Shown piece by piece: positions 1 through 10,093 of a stretch of 64,000 bases of DNA. Within the stretch, counting starts at the first letter, position 1. Each line of letters opens with the position of its first letter. Under the pieces are notes generated by a model. The model saw only the letters and a program-made list of their open reading frames with translations. It searched no databases and was not told where the DNA came from. The stretch is from the NCBI GenBank assembly GCA_031362565.1, contig JANLSU010000103.1, positions 1 to 64,000 on the forward strand, read 5' to 3'. This stretch comes from a bacterium. Its GTDB lineage: Bacteria > Krumholzibacteriota > Krumholzibacteriia > G020349025. Position numbers and translations under genes: made by a program.

Positions 1-43
1 GGCGGCCCCTCCCCCCCGCGGTCCTGCATCCTTCCACACCCTG

Positions 44-2197
44 TTGTGCCGCCGCGTGGGTGCGCGGCCGCCCTTGGGGGGGGGGGGGGCCGGGTCCACG
101 GCGGGTGTGTCCGCCGCCCGCGCGCCCCGGCGCCCACTTCCGGCCGCCGACGCGCGCGTCGCTGAAATGGCATTGCTCGCCTTCGGTCCGGCGCTCGTCC
201 TCGCGCTCCTTGTCCTCCTCTGTTTGCCGTTCGCATCCGCCTGGCCCGCACTCCTGCCCTTCGTCCTGCCGGCCTTCGCCTGTGCTGGGGCGTTTCAGTC
301 GCTTGCGCTGCGGGCGTACGCGGCAAGCGCCGGGCGTCTCTACGCGGCGGATCTCCTGGGTGGCGCGGCCGGAGCGCTGCTTTCCGTCGTCGCCATCGGT
401 GCCCTCGGTGGTCCCGTCAATACGACGTTGGTATTGGCCATGCTCGCTTCTGCGCTCGCGTGGTTTTGGATCCGCGACACGGGACGTTTGGCGCGCGTCG
501 CCCCGGCGGCGTTCGCTCTCACAATGGTAGCGACACTCGCGCATGCCTTCTTCGGTCTGTTTGCAGTCGACTACGGACGCGCGCCCCACAAGCTCTTGAG
601 TGCATCGCTTCGCCCGTCGCCGCAGGGCACACCGCATTTGTTGCCACAACTCGCGCGCTGGGATGCGTATAGCCGCGTCGATGTTTTGGAACTCGATTCA
701 CCGCGTGGCCTGCAGCGCCTCGTCTTCATCGATGGCGAGACTCCGACACCCATGCTGCAGGTCGATCCCGCATCGCCGAACGCTGCCGGCGTCGGCGTGA
801 CGGATGCATTGGCAGCCTTGCCGTTCCGGCTTGCCGCACCGCGGGACGTACTCTCGATCGGCTCCGGCGGCGGCTATGATGTGGTGGCGGCGCGGCGTTT
901 TGGCGCCACGCGCATCGATGCCGTCGAGTTGAATGCCGGCGTGCTGGCAGTCGTGGATGCGGCACGCGACTTTACGGGCGACGTATACCGGCAACCCGGC
1001 GTCACGCTGCACCACGCGGAAGGCCGCCAGTTCGCGCGCCGGGCGCCTGCGGGGACGTACGACCTGCTCGTCTTGGCCCTGGCACAATCGCTGGCCGGGA
1101 ATCTGCAAGAATACGCGTTGTCGGAAAATTACCTCTATACACGCGAGGCCTTCACGGACTATCTGCGGGTCTTGAAACCCGGCGGCGGAATCGCTTTTCT
1201 GGTCAGCAGCGCAATCGTCCAGGCGAAGCTCGTCGGCACGGCACGCGACGTGTTGCAGGCGCGTGGCGTCGCGGCCGACGATTGCATTCTAGCGCTCGTG
1301 GGGCGCGGGGAAGTGCCCTACGATCACTTGGTCGTGGTGCGTGCCCAGCCGTTCACGGCCGCCGAGTGCGACGCCATCGAGCGCGAGGTCGAAGCGCGGC
1401 GCTATGGCGTCGTCCATGTGCCGGCGGCGTCGCGGGTTCCGGAATCGTTGCTTCTGCCGCCGGTGCGCGCCAGCACCCGGTTGGCTTCCGCGGTCGACAA
1501 CAAGCCGTTTTTCTTCCACCTGGAAGCGGGCACACCCGGTGGCTTGAAACTGCTGCTTTCGGGTGCCTGCATCGCACTGGCTCTGGCGTGCGGCGCGTTC
1601 GGGCTGGCGATCCATCGGCACGCGGCGCCCCGGCCGCGTGCCGCCGGGATGGTGCGCACCACCGCATACTTCGTGCTCCTTGGTCTCGGCTTCTTGATGG
1701 TCGAAGTGCTCGTCCTGCAGCGCACGATCTTGTTCCTCGGATATCCGACCCTCAACCTCGCGGTGGTGTTGGCGTCCTTCTTGGTGGGCGCCGGGTGTGG
1801 AAGCCTGGCAAGCGACCGCCTCGCTGCCGGTGCTGCGCTGCGCGTGTGGCTCGCCGCCCTCGCGGTGGCGCTTGCCGCTCTCATGCCGCTACTTGGTGTG
1901 TTGCACGCGCCGCTCGACGCGCTACCGCTCGGCCTGCGCTGTGTCGTCGTTGTCGCGCTCCTGCTGCCGTTCGCATTCGTGATGGGAATGCCGTTTCCGG
2001 CCGGTGTTCGGCGGCTCGCACCCGAGGTGCAAACCTGGGTGCCGTGGTTTTGGGGGCTGAACGGCATCGCATCCATCACCGGTTCGGCACTGGTCGTCGC
2101 CGTCGTGCTTGAGCGTGGCTTCCAGCTCACGGGTCTCTTGCCCGCCTTGGTCTATCTCGCGGCTGCCGGCGCGATTCCCGCATCGAAGCCACGGTGA
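44..2197 (+). CDS. Membrane-embedded spermidine-synthase-like SAM-dependent transferase (TM - class I SAM fold - TM); 5' end unreliable or truncated
   Basis: Multiple TM helices flank a soluble domain with WDAYSRVDV, VLSIGSGGGYDV (SAM-binding), AVELN, AEGRQF and LSENYLYTREAF. The first ~165 nt look corrupted, so the true start is uncertain. Confidence 0.75.
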   Translation: MCRRVGARPPLGGGGAGSTAGVSAARAPRRPLPAADARVAEMALLAFGPALVLALLVLLCLPFASAWPALLPFVLPAFACAGAFQSLALRAYAASAGRLYAADLLGGAAGALLSVVAIGALGGPVNTTLVLAMLASALAWFWIRDTGRLARVAPAAFALTMVATLAHAFFGLFAVDYGRAPHKLLSASLRPSPQGTPHLLPQLARWDAYSRVDVLELDSPRGLQRLVFIDGETPTPMLQVDPASPNAAGVGVTDALAALPFRLAAPRDVLSIGSGGGYDVVAARRFGATRIDAVELNAGVLAVVDAARDFTGDVYRQPGVTLHHAEGRQFARRAPAGTYDLLVLALAQSLAGNLQEYALSENYLYTREAFTDYLRVLKPGGGIAFLVSSAIVQAKLVGTARDVLQARGVAADDCILALVGRGEVPYDHLVVVRAQPFTAAECDAIEREVEARRYGVVHVPAASRVPESLLLPPVRASTRLASAVDNKPFFFHLEAGTPGGLKLLLSGACIALALACGAFGLAIHRHAAPRPRAAGMVRTTAYFVLLGLGFLMVEVLVLQRTILFLGYPTLNLAVVLASFLVGAGCGSLASDRLAAGAALRVWLAALAVALAALMPLLGVLHAPLDALPLGLRCVVVVALLLPFAFVMGMPFPAGVRRLAPEVQTWVPWFWGLNGIASITGSALVVAVVLERGFQLTGLLPALVYLAAAGAIPASKPR

Positions 2198-2309
2198 TCG
2201 CCGCAGCCCGTTTGACGTTGCGATGCCGGCGCGGGCCTGTCATAATTGACCAACGCGCCCTGCCGAAATCCTGCCCAATCAGTCCAGCGCCCGCTCGTCG
2301 AGGAGCCTC

Positions 2310-4463
2310 GTGCGGTGCATCGAACTGCATTTGTTGCGTGCCGTGCGGTGCTGGATGGCGCCGTTCGTCCTCATTGTTTCCGCCGGTGTCTTGGACGCGA
2401 GTCCGGCACTCGCGGCGCACAAGGAGGAGCCGGCCGGCTATGCCATCGGCCCGTGCAAGGGCACCGACAGCAAGCCGCAGTCGAAGCTTTGGTATCAGGA
2501 TGGCAGTTGGTGGGGCGTTCTCGACAGCCCGGACGGCAACCGGATTTTCGAGCTCGACGGCAAGGCCTGGAAGCCGGCGCCGAATCCCGGCGCGATCTTG
2601 GGCAGCCACGACGGCCGCGCCGACGTCCTGTGGAATGGCAAACGCCTGATCGTGCTCTTGTATCACGAGCATGACCCGGCGCAACTCTTCGAGTTCCACT
2701 ACGAGCGTTCGGCGCGCGTCTACGAGCGTGAATCCGGCTATCCGGTGGCGTTAGCGATCGCGCCCGGCAGCGAGACGATGGTCCTCGACCAGGATTCCCG
2801 CGGCCGGCTGTGGGCGAGTTACGTGGCGCACAAGACCGTCTACGTGACGCATTCCGAAACCGATCATCACGTCTGGGACCTGCCGGGCCAGGTGCTGCAA
2901 AAGGGCATCGACAAGGACGACATCAGTTCCATTGTCGCCTTCGGTGGCCACTCGATGGGTGTCCTGTGGTCCGATCAGCAGCGCACCGAGTTCGGATTCC
3001 GGATGCGGCGCGACGGCGACCCCGTCGATAAATGGCACGCCGTGGAGAGTATCGATCGCGGGGCCGGCAATGCCGACGATCATATCCATCTGACCGCCGA
3101 TCGCCGCGGCTACGTGTATGCAGCAACGAAGGACGCATTGCAGCACCTGAGCGCGCAGATGCGCTCTCCCAATGGAAAATGGACCAGCCACAACGACATC
3201 ATGAACGGCGCCGATGCGACCCGGCCGATTCTCTTGACGGCCGAGCACGACGGCCTGCTCGTGTTGCTCTACACCCGCTGGCACGAAGGCACCGAAGATA
3301 TCGCCTACCGGGTGTCGCGTTTGGGCGAGCTGGAATTCGGCGCCGCGATGCCGTTCCTCTCGGTTCCCAATATCAACCTGAACGATGTCACGAGCACCAA
3401 GCAACCGCTGCCGCCCGGTTGCCTCGTGGCAGTCGCCGATGGCGACGGCAAGGCGTGGTGGAATGGCTGGGGCGACTTGCTCGGATCGCAGCATCCGCAC
3501 TCCGGCGCTTTGGAGTTGGTCGCGGAGCCGCTCCGGCCGGTCGCGGATGCGGCGTTAGCGCTCGATTTCGATGCCGCGCGCGGCCACGAGGTTCTGGATG
3601 CATCGGAGCACCGAGCGCATGGCGCGCTCGGCGGGCCGTGGGCCGACGACATCTGCGAGCCGCAGTGGACGGCCGGCGTCGCGGGCAGCGCCTTGCATTT
3701 TGGCGGTAAGCGCAACTTCGTACAGTTTGCCGCCGCGCCGCAGTTCGATTTCGCCGCCAGCATGACGCTCGAAGCGTGGCTGCGGCGCGCCAGCCGCGAC
3801 ACCAAGGACGCGGTGCTGTGTAAGGGCGCGCCCGGCGAGCGCAACTACCAGATCCGGGTTCTCAAGAACGATCGCATCGAGTTTCTGCGCGAAGTGGGCT
3901 CGGGCAAGAACCATGTGCTCGTGGGACAACAGGCGCTCACCGACTCCTTGTGGCACCACGTGGCTTGCGTGTACGACATGGAGGGGCGGCAAGCGCGCCT
4001 CTACGTCGATGGCAAGCTCGATGCCGCGGCGCCGGATAGCGGCGCGGCGATCGTCAACACCGGGCCGCTGGTTCTCGGGGCGCGCTTGTTCGAAGGCGAA
4101 CTGCACGATTGGTTCCATGGCGACATCGATCAAGTGCGCCTTGCGCCACGGGTGCTCTATGCGGCGGATTTTGTCCCGGCAACTCGCTTCGAGTCGGCCG
4201 GCGACCCGGTTCTAGGCTTGAGTTGGGTGCCGCGGTATCGGGGCGGCGAGCAATGCGCCGGATACGATGTTCTGCGGAGCGTGGGCCATGACACGCCGGC
4301 GAAGCTCAACCCCGCACCGCTTTGCGAACCGGTCTTCTTCGACGCGACAATTCCCGCCGGCCACAGCGTGTATCGCATTCGCACCGCGAATCCCGCCGCG
4401 GTTTCGCCGCCGGTCGCCGTCGAGTGGCCGCCGCACGCAGAGGCGAACACTCCCGCACCGTAG
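2310..4463 (+). CDS. Secreted protein: N-terminal propeller-like (KPQSKLW-type) domain plus LamG/concanavalin-A-like domain
   Basis: Signal-like N-terminus (start may be ATG 2355). KPQSKLWYQDGSWW begins the first domain. LamG motifs: MTLEAW, WHHVACVYD, RLYVDGKL, FHGDIDQVR. Confidence 0.7.
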   Translation: MRCIELHLLRAVRCWMAPFVLIVSAGVLDASPALAAHKEEPAGYAIGPCKGTDSKPQSKLWYQDGSWWGVLDSPDGNRIFELDGKAWKPAPNPGAILGSHDGRADVLWNGKRLIVLLYHEHDPAQLFEFHYERSARVYERESGYPVALAIAPGSETMVLDQDSRGRLWASYVAHKTVYVTHSETDHHVWDLPGQVLQKGIDKDDISSIVAFGGHSMGVLWSDQQRTEFGFRMRRDGDPVDKWHAVESIDRGAGNADDHIHLTADRRGYVYAATKDALQHLSAQMRSPNGKWTSHNDIMNGADATRPILLTAEHDGLLVLLYTRWHEGTEDIAYRVSRLGELEFGAAMPFLSVPNINLNDVTSTKQPLPPGCLVAVADGDGKAWWNGWGDLLGSQHPHSGALELVAEPLRPVADAALALDFDAARGHEVLDASEHRAHGALGGPWADDICEPQWTAGVAGSALHFGGKRNFVQFAAAPQFDFAASMTLEAWLRRASRDTKDAVLCKGAPGERNYQIRVLKNDRIEFLREVGSGKNHVLVGQQALTDSLWHHVACVYDMEGRQARLYVDGKLDAAAPDSGAAIVNTGPLVLGARLFEGELHDWFHGDIDQVRLAPRVLYAADFVPATRFESAGDPVLGLSWVPRYRGGEQCAGYDVLRSVGHDTPAKLNPAPLCEPVFFDATIPAGHSVYRIRTANPAAVSPPVAVEWPPHAEANTPAP

Positions 4464-4511
4464 TCCGGTGCGCGCCTGCCTTTCCCCAAAGGCCGGACGA
4501 CGATCTCGTTC

Positions 4512-7352
4512 TCAGTAGTCTTGCAGCAACACGACATCCTCGGTCGTGACACCGCGGCTGACGATGAATCCCGACCCGTCGTGGAGCGGCGCGAAGGCGT
4601 AGATCCGCATGCCGGTGGGGAACTGCGAAACCGGTTGCGGCGTGCCGCCCGCGACCGGGTAGTTGATGAGGTTCGACGCACCACCTTCACGCACGACGCT
4701 GGTGACGAACTTCCCGTCCGGCGTCCACGCCAACATGAGTTCGTTGGCGTCGAGTGGAACCGGCAACGGAGTTGGCGCGCCGCCGGCAACTGGAACCGTC
4801 ATCACGATCGATTTTCCGCCGACGGGCTTGTCGAACCCGAAGCACAGGACCCGCGAGCCGTCCGGTGACCAGCGTGGAAACGACGCCACGACATCGGTCA
4901 TCGGCACTGGTGTGCCGCCTTCCGCCGCGATCTTCCAGATCCGTGTTTCCGACACGTCGCGCGAACCGTTGAAGGCGATCCATTTGGAATCGGGGCTCCA
5001 GGTCGCGAGACTGCACTGCATGCCGCGCACCATCTGGTGCGGGTTCGTGCCATCGGCATTCGCGACCCAAATGCGCACGCTGTCGGCGACGACCGCGGTG
5101 TAGGCGATGGAGCGGCCGTCGGGCGACCACTCCGGATAGAGGTCGAGGCCGGTGCCCGAGGTGATCTGGTGGGCATTCGAGCCGTCGACGTTCATCACCC
5201 ACAGGTGCGTGCCGCGTCCGGCATCGGACACATAGACGATCGACTTACCATCGGGGGAGAGACCCGGCGTGTCGGTGCGCGCCGTGCCGAAGTCGATTTG
5301 CGTGGCCGCGGCGGTATTTGCCGCCGCCGTACCGCGTGCGGGCAGGCGCCAGAAGTTGGCGGCGGTCGTACTGCGCAGGCAGGTGATCGCCTTGCCATCG
5401 GCGCTCGTCGTGACACTCGTGTAGTCGTTCAGGTCGGAGGTGATTTGGCGTGGCGTCGTGCCGTCGAGCGGCACCGCGAAGACTTGTTCCGCGGTGGCGT
5501 GCGTCTCGATCTTGCCGGCGGCGTAGAAGCCGTTGCGATTCGGCTGCCAGACAAAGGAATTGACCGACGTCCACGCCGTCCCCGGCACCGTGACCGGGGC
5601 GCCGCCCGCCGCTGGGACCAGGATGAAACGGGCGTGAATGTAGTCATTGGTTTCGCGACTCAGCATGGCGATCTGCTGGCCGTCCGGCGACCACTGAGGG
5701 AAAAGGAGAACGGCGCTGCCTTGTCCAACCAAGAGCTGCGGCGGCACGGAGCCGTCGGCCGCGGCGCGATAGATCTCGCACTTCACCGGCGGGATGAGGC
5801 GCATGAACGCGAACTGTTTGCCGTCGGGTGAAAAAGACACCGGGGTCGCCAGGTCGTCATAGAGCTTTTGCGGCGTGCCACCCAAAGTCGCCACCCGGTA
5901 CACGCTCACCGCGCGCGTGCTGTGGACGACCACCAAGTACGTGAGCCAGTTGCCGTCGGGCGAGAACACCAGACCGCCGACTCCCTCGGCCATCGGCGGA
6001 ACGAGCTGGACGGTGCTGCCGGTGGCGAGCTGGTGCAGCATGACGCGGGTTTGACCGGCATTCGCTTCTGCATACGCGACGAACTTGCCGTCTGGTGACA
6101 GGGCCGGCCAGCGCGCCTTGCCGGTCGAAGTGACGCGGGTAATGTGCAACGTGCCGCCGGCGGCCGGTGCCGGCGCCGCCTTGCGATGGCGCATGAACCA
6201 CGGCACGAGTCCAAATGCCAGCACGATGAGCGCCCATGCCGCCACCGCAAGCGGCGACGACGCGGCCCGCCGGCGCGGTGCGGATGCTGCCGGCGTGCCG
6301 GCGTGCACACCGGATGCAACGGACTCAACGGCAGGCGCATGGGCGCCGGAAGGCCAACTCGGCGCGGGCGTCGCGCCGGACGGCCACTGGACGGCAGGTG
6401 CCACACCCGAAGGCGCAGCATACGCCGCCGAAGCCGTGCCCGATTCCACTTCGCGCCTGAGCGCCCGCAGATCGATCGCCAGCTCCTTGGCGCTTTGGTA
6501 ACGCTCGTTCGGGTCCTTGGCCATCGCCTTGCGTAAGATGCGCGTCAGTTCCACCGGCGCATCGGGCCGCGCGACGTGCAGCGGCCGCGGCCACTCCTTC
6601 AGGATGGCATGCATGACTTCGATGGGCGATCCGGTCCCGAAGGCGCGTTCGGCGGTTGCAGTCTCGTAGAGGACTGCGCCAAGCGCGAAGATGTCGGCGC
6701 GTGCATCGACAGCCTCGCCGCGCACTTGTTCGGGCGCCATGTAACCGACGGTGCCCATGACCAGGCCGGGCATTGTCGGCGACGACCCGGACATCACACC
6801 CAAAGCACCGCTTGGCTGAATGACGGTCTCGGCGTTGGCGCCACCCGTGCCCGCCAAAGCCGCCGGGCCGCGATCCGCTTGCAGAAGTTTGGCCAGGCCA
6901 AAGTCCAGAATCTTGACGTTGCCGTCGGCACGGAACATTAGATTCTCGGGCTTCAGGTCCCGATGCACGACGCCGGCGGCGTGCGCTGCGGCCAGTCCGT
7001 CCGCCACCTGAACCCCGAGATCGAGCAACGGGCGCAGGTCGAGCGGGCCGCGCCGCAACCGCTCGCGCACCGTCTCGCCCTCGACGTACTCCATGACGAT
7101 ATAGTGATGGCCTTCGTGCTCGCCCAACTGATGGATCGTCGTGATGCTCGGGTGGTTGAGCGCCGATGTCGTCTTGGCTTCCTGGACGAAGCGTTGCAGG
7201 CGTTCGGGATCGGCGAGGGCGGCGGCGTTCAACAGTTTGATGGCGACCCAGCGGTCGAGCTTGGTGTCCTCGGCTTTGAACACGACACCCATGCCGCCGG
7301 CGCCGAGCTGGTCGCCCAAACGGTAGTGTGAGATGTTCTCAGGAGTGGCCAC
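4512..7352 (-). CDS. Hanks-type Ser/Thr protein kinase with TM helix and extracytoplasmic TolB-like (PD40) beta-propeller
   Basis: LGAGGMGVV, VAIK, HRDLKPEN, DFGLAK, GTVGYMAPE; TM LAVAAWALIVLAFGLV; many (W/F)SPDG repeats. Start placed at GTG 7352. Confidence 0.92.
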   Translation of the reverse strand: MATPENISHYRLGDQLGAGGMGVVFKAEDTKLDRWVAIKLLNAAALADPERLQRFVQEAKTTSALNHPSITTIHQLGEHEGHHYIVMEYVEGETVRERLRRGPLDLRPLLDLGVQVADGLAAAHAAGVVHRDLKPENLMFRADGNVKILDFGLAKLLQADRGPAALAGTGGANAETVIQPSGALGVMSGSSPTMPGLVMGTVGYMAPEQVRGEAVDARADIFALGAVLYETATAERAFGTGSPIEVMHAILKEWPRPLHVARPDAPVELTRILRKAMAKDPNERYQSAKELAIDLRALRREVESGTASAAYAAPSGVAPAVQWPSGATPAPSWPSGAHAPAVESVASGVHAGTPAASAPRRRAASSPLAVAAWALIVLAFGLVPWFMRHRKAAPAPAAGGTLHITRVTSTGKARWPALSPDGKFVAYAEANAGQTRVMLHQLATGSTVQLVPPMAEGVGGLVFSPDGNWLTYLVVVHSTRAVSVYRVATLGGTPQKLYDDLATPVSFSPDGKQFAFMRLIPPVKCEIYRAAADGSVPPQLLVGQGSAVLLFPQWSPDGQQIAMLSRETNDYIHARFILVPAAGGAPVTVPGTAWTSVNSFVWQPNRNGFYAAGKIETHATAEQVFAVPLDGTTPRQITSDLNDYTSVTTSADGKAITCLRSTTAANFWRLPARGTAAANTAAATQIDFGTARTDTPGLSPDGKSIVYVSDAGRGTHLWVMNVDGSNAHQITSGTGLDLYPEWSPDGRSIAYTAVVADSVRIWVANADGTNPHQMVRGMQCSLATWSPDSKWIAFNGSRDVSETRIWKIAAEGGTPVPMTDVVASFPRWSPDGSRVLCFGFDKPVGGKSIVMTVPVAGGAPTPLPVPLDANELMLAWTPDGKFVTSVVREGGASNLINYPVAGGTPQPVSQFPTGMRIYAFAPLHDGSGFIVSRGVTTEDVVLLQDY

Positions 7353-7445
7353 GGTGCGGCTCCCACGCGGCTGGAAAACCGCGCTAAGCAGACTCGATCC
7401 GGCGTTTGGCGTCAAGGTCTGGGCCCCTGGTGCCGGGCCCGGGCG

Positions 7446-7461
7446 TGGTCCTCTTCTTGCA
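7446..7461 (+). promoter_or_regulatory. Possible sigma54 (-24/-12) promoter for the FAD-oxidoreductase / glutamate-synthase-like operon
   Basis: TGGTCC-TCTTC-TTGCA has the correct GG-N10-GC spacing with 2 mismatches to TGGCAC-N5-TTGCW, about 60 nt upstream of ATG 7523. Confidence 0.35.
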
Positions 7462-7522
7462 GCACGCCGTTGCCCTTGGTTTTCGTGTTGTAACGTTCGA
7501 CTTCGCGAAGGGCTCGAGCACG

Positions 7523-10093
7523 ATGAGCGTCGGATCGTTTTTTACCGCGACCCTGGGCACTTCGCTGCAGGAATTCTTGACGTTACCGCGCGATCGGGCC
7601 GCGGCTCTCGTCCGCGGTCGAATTCCGGACTTGCTGCACCTGCTGCGCGCCGGCGCGCCACCAGCGGACGCACTGGAGCCACGCCGCACCGTCCAATGGG
7701 GCAAGAGCCTGGAAGGCGCGCTCCTCGAGGCGCTGAAGCCGCAAGGGCTCGAACTCCAGAATCTGCGCGATCGCATCATCACCGATGGCTTCATGCGGTC
7801 CGAGCTCGACCGCGATCAGAACGTCTACTTGACCGAATTCTTCACCCGGGTGCTGACGCGCGCCGTTCCGGACCTCGTTTTCCAGCCGGCCCACGCGCGC
7901 GAAGTCGAAGTGGCACTCGAATGGGCGCGGCGCCACCGGATCGGCATCGCCACCCGTGGTGCCGGCAGCACCGCCATGGGCGGCGCGGTTCCAAACGACG
8001 GCGGCCTGCTGCTCGAGATGTCGCGCTTCGACCAAATTCATATCGATGTTGCGGACCAGGTCGCGGTGATCGGCGCCGGGGCGCGCCTGAAAACGATTCA
8101 CGGCCGTTTGGCGGCGGAAGGCCTCGAACTCACCACGTATCCATCGAACTTGGGTGGCACATTGGCCGGCTGGTTCAGCGCCGGTGGATTGGGACTCAAC
8201 TCGTTCACCCATGGTGCCGTACAAAACCAAGTGCGAGCGCTGTCGATGGTGTTGCCGCGCGGCGAACAGGTGCATTTCCATGCCGACGGGCGGTTGGATG
8301 TGCTTGCCCCGGAAGCTCAACGGCTCCCGAAGGCGGCGACCGCCAAATGGTTCGAGGCGCACGGCTATCCGGCGTTGACGCTCGCCGACCTGCCGCAGAC
8401 CGAGGGCCAGGTGGGTGTCATCCTGACGCTCACGATGGCAGTTCACAAGCTGCCGGAGCGCACTCCCTTCTATCTCGAAGTCGAAACCGACGGCCAAGCC
8501 ATCGAACTCGCGGCGCACGTCGCCCAAGCGGCCCAGAAGAATGGCGCCAAACCGGCGAACTTGAAGTTCTTGTCGGCCGCTCATGTCGCCGGGGTACGGG
8601 CGATTCGTGGCGACGCTAAACGGGCTTCGAAACCCGCCGTGTACGTCGACTTCGAAGGCGCCGACGAAGCGCAAAAATTCGCGCGCGGTCTCGACACCGC
8701 GCCGCACAAACCACAGAGCGACGAAGCCGAAGCCCGCCGCTGGTTCGCGGATCGCTTCCGCCCGCAACAGACGAAACGCTTGGGCCCCGGCTATCTCGCG
8801 GCCGAGATCCTCATGCCGGCCGAGCATCTGGCGGCATTTCAGGAGGCCGCGGTCAAGCTGGCGCACCGCGTCGGGGTGCATCTCGAAACCGAGGCCTACT
8901 ACTTTGGCGACGGCCGGGTGCTGGCGCTGCCGGGCTACCTGACGCGGGGGCCGCGCTCGGGTTTCCTGTGGGAGCTCGTGCTCGCGCCGATCTTGCTCGA
9001 CCTTGCCATGCAACGCTTTGCGGCGATGCCCTATGTGCTCGGACGCTGGCAGTCGCCGTACTTCGGATGGCGTTACGACAAGGACACACGCCGCCGCTTG
9101 CGCGACAACAAACGGCGCACCGATGATCGCCGGGTCTTGAATCCTGGCGTGTTCTTTGGACCGGCGTTCCGCGTTCCCGGCGTGCAGGGCGTGTTTCGCA
9201 CCACCTTCCCGCGCGGCATTCGCACCCTGCGCGGTTTTTATGGCTCACCGCTCACGGCGTGGTTCTTCCGCGCCGCCATCGGTGCCCGGCATGATCATGC
9301 GGACGGGGCGCGTGTTTCGGCGCGCTGGAACGCCACTGCCGAGGTTGCCGACGCCGAGGCGCGGCGCATGGCGGCCGACTTGGAGAAGTGGCGGCTCGAA
9401 GACTTGGCGCACGCGGCGCGCGGCTGCGTGAACTGCGGCGAGTGCAACAGCGTTTGCCCGATCTTCCACGATGCGCGCATCCGGCTGCCGCAAATGTTGA
9501 CCCACATCGGTGAAGGACTGCGCGCCGGCGCGACGCTCGGCGGGACCGAGCAACTGCTGCTCGATATGTGCATGCGCTGCGGCAATTGCCAGGAAGTCTG
9601 CCAGGCCGACATCCCGCACCTGCCGTTGTATGACGCCATGGACAAGCACGCCGGTGCCGCCGACGAAGTGCGGCGCGAGCGCCATGCGGGAGTTTTGTCG
9701 CATCTACGCTACTCGGAGCGCTACACGCGCGAATTCCTGAATGTGCGTCCGGGCGGCTACTTGCAGCGGACGCCGGCATCGCTTCCCGGCGAGATTCGTT
9801 TCGTGCTCTTCCGGGCCGAGGCCGATGCCGGGCCGGTCGATACCTGCATCCATTGCGGCGCCTGTGTGCCGGTCTGTCCGACGAGCGCCAACCTCGAATT
9901 CCAAGATAAGGCCGATGTGCGCCGGATTTCCACCGACCTGACGCGCTGCATCGGCTGTGGAACGTGTGTCGAAGTGTGCCCGGCGAATCAAAAGAACGGC
10001 AGCCGCACCTTGCGCGTCATGGAAGCGCCGAATCGCGAATTCTTCGAGTTGTTTGCGGCGTTCGAGGCCGGGACCGACGGGAGCCCACGATGA
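7523..10093 (+). CDS. FAD-linked oxidoreductase (VAO/GlcD-type FAD-binding domain) with four [4Fe-4S] motifs
   Basis: PDLVFQP...RGAGSTAMGGAVPNDGGLLLEMSRFDQI...GTLAGW, and LNPG at the end of the cap domain. Fe-S motifs: CVNCGECNSVCP, CMRCGNCQEVC, CIHCGACVPVCP, CIGCGTCVEVCP. Stop overlaps the next ATG (ATGA 10090-10093). Confidence 0.88.
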   Translation: MSVGSFFTATLGTSLQEFLTLPRDRAAALVRGRIPDLLHLLRAGAPPADALEPRRTVQWGKSLEGALLEALKPQGLELQNLRDRIITDGFMRSELDRDQNVYLTEFFTRVLTRAVPDLVFQPAHAREVEVALEWARRHRIGIATRGAGSTAMGGAVPNDGGLLLEMSRFDQIHIDVADQVAVIGAGARLKTIHGRLAAEGLELTTYPSNLGGTLAGWFSAGGLGLNSFTHGAVQNQVRALSMVLPRGEQVHFHADGRLDVLAPEAQRLPKAATAKWFEAHGYPALTLADLPQTEGQVGVILTLTMAVHKLPERTPFYLEVETDGQAIELAAHVAQAAQKNGAKPANLKFLSAAHVAGVRAIRGDAKRASKPAVYVDFEGADEAQKFARGLDTAPHKPQSDEAEARRWFADRFRPQQTKRLGPGYLAAEILMPAEHLAAFQEAAVKLAHRVGVHLETEAYYFGDGRVLALPGYLTRGPRSGFLWELVLAPILLDLAMQRFAAMPYVLGRWQSPYFGWRYDKDTRRRLRDNKRRTDDRRVLNPGVFFGPAFRVPGVQGVFRTTFPRGIRTLRGFYGSPLTAWFFRAAIGARHDHADGARVSARWNATAEVADAEARRMAADLEKWRLEDLAHAARGCVNCGECNSVCPIFHDARIRLPQMLTHIGEGLRAGATLGGTEQLLLDMCMRCGNCQEVCQADIPHLPLYDAMDKHAGAADEVRRERHAGVLSHLRYSERYTREFLNVRPGGYLQRTPASLPGEIRFVLFRAEADAGPVDTCIHCGACVPVCPTSANLEFQDKADVRRISTDLTRCIGCGTCVEVCPANQKNGSRTLRVMEAPNREFFELFAAFEAGTDGSPR

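Noticed and set aside
1..165. Long poly-G run (~76-89) and C/G-rich low-complexity start, a possible G4 or phase-variable tract
   Set aside because: It lies at the extreme window edge and the translation is garbled where TM helices are expected. Most likely low-quality contig-end sequence; read mapping would decide.
9964..10089. ORF-track N-terminal extension of the 2218 aa ORF
   Set aside because: It overlaps the last Fe-S motif region of the upstream gene; ATGA coupling at 10090 is the better start.
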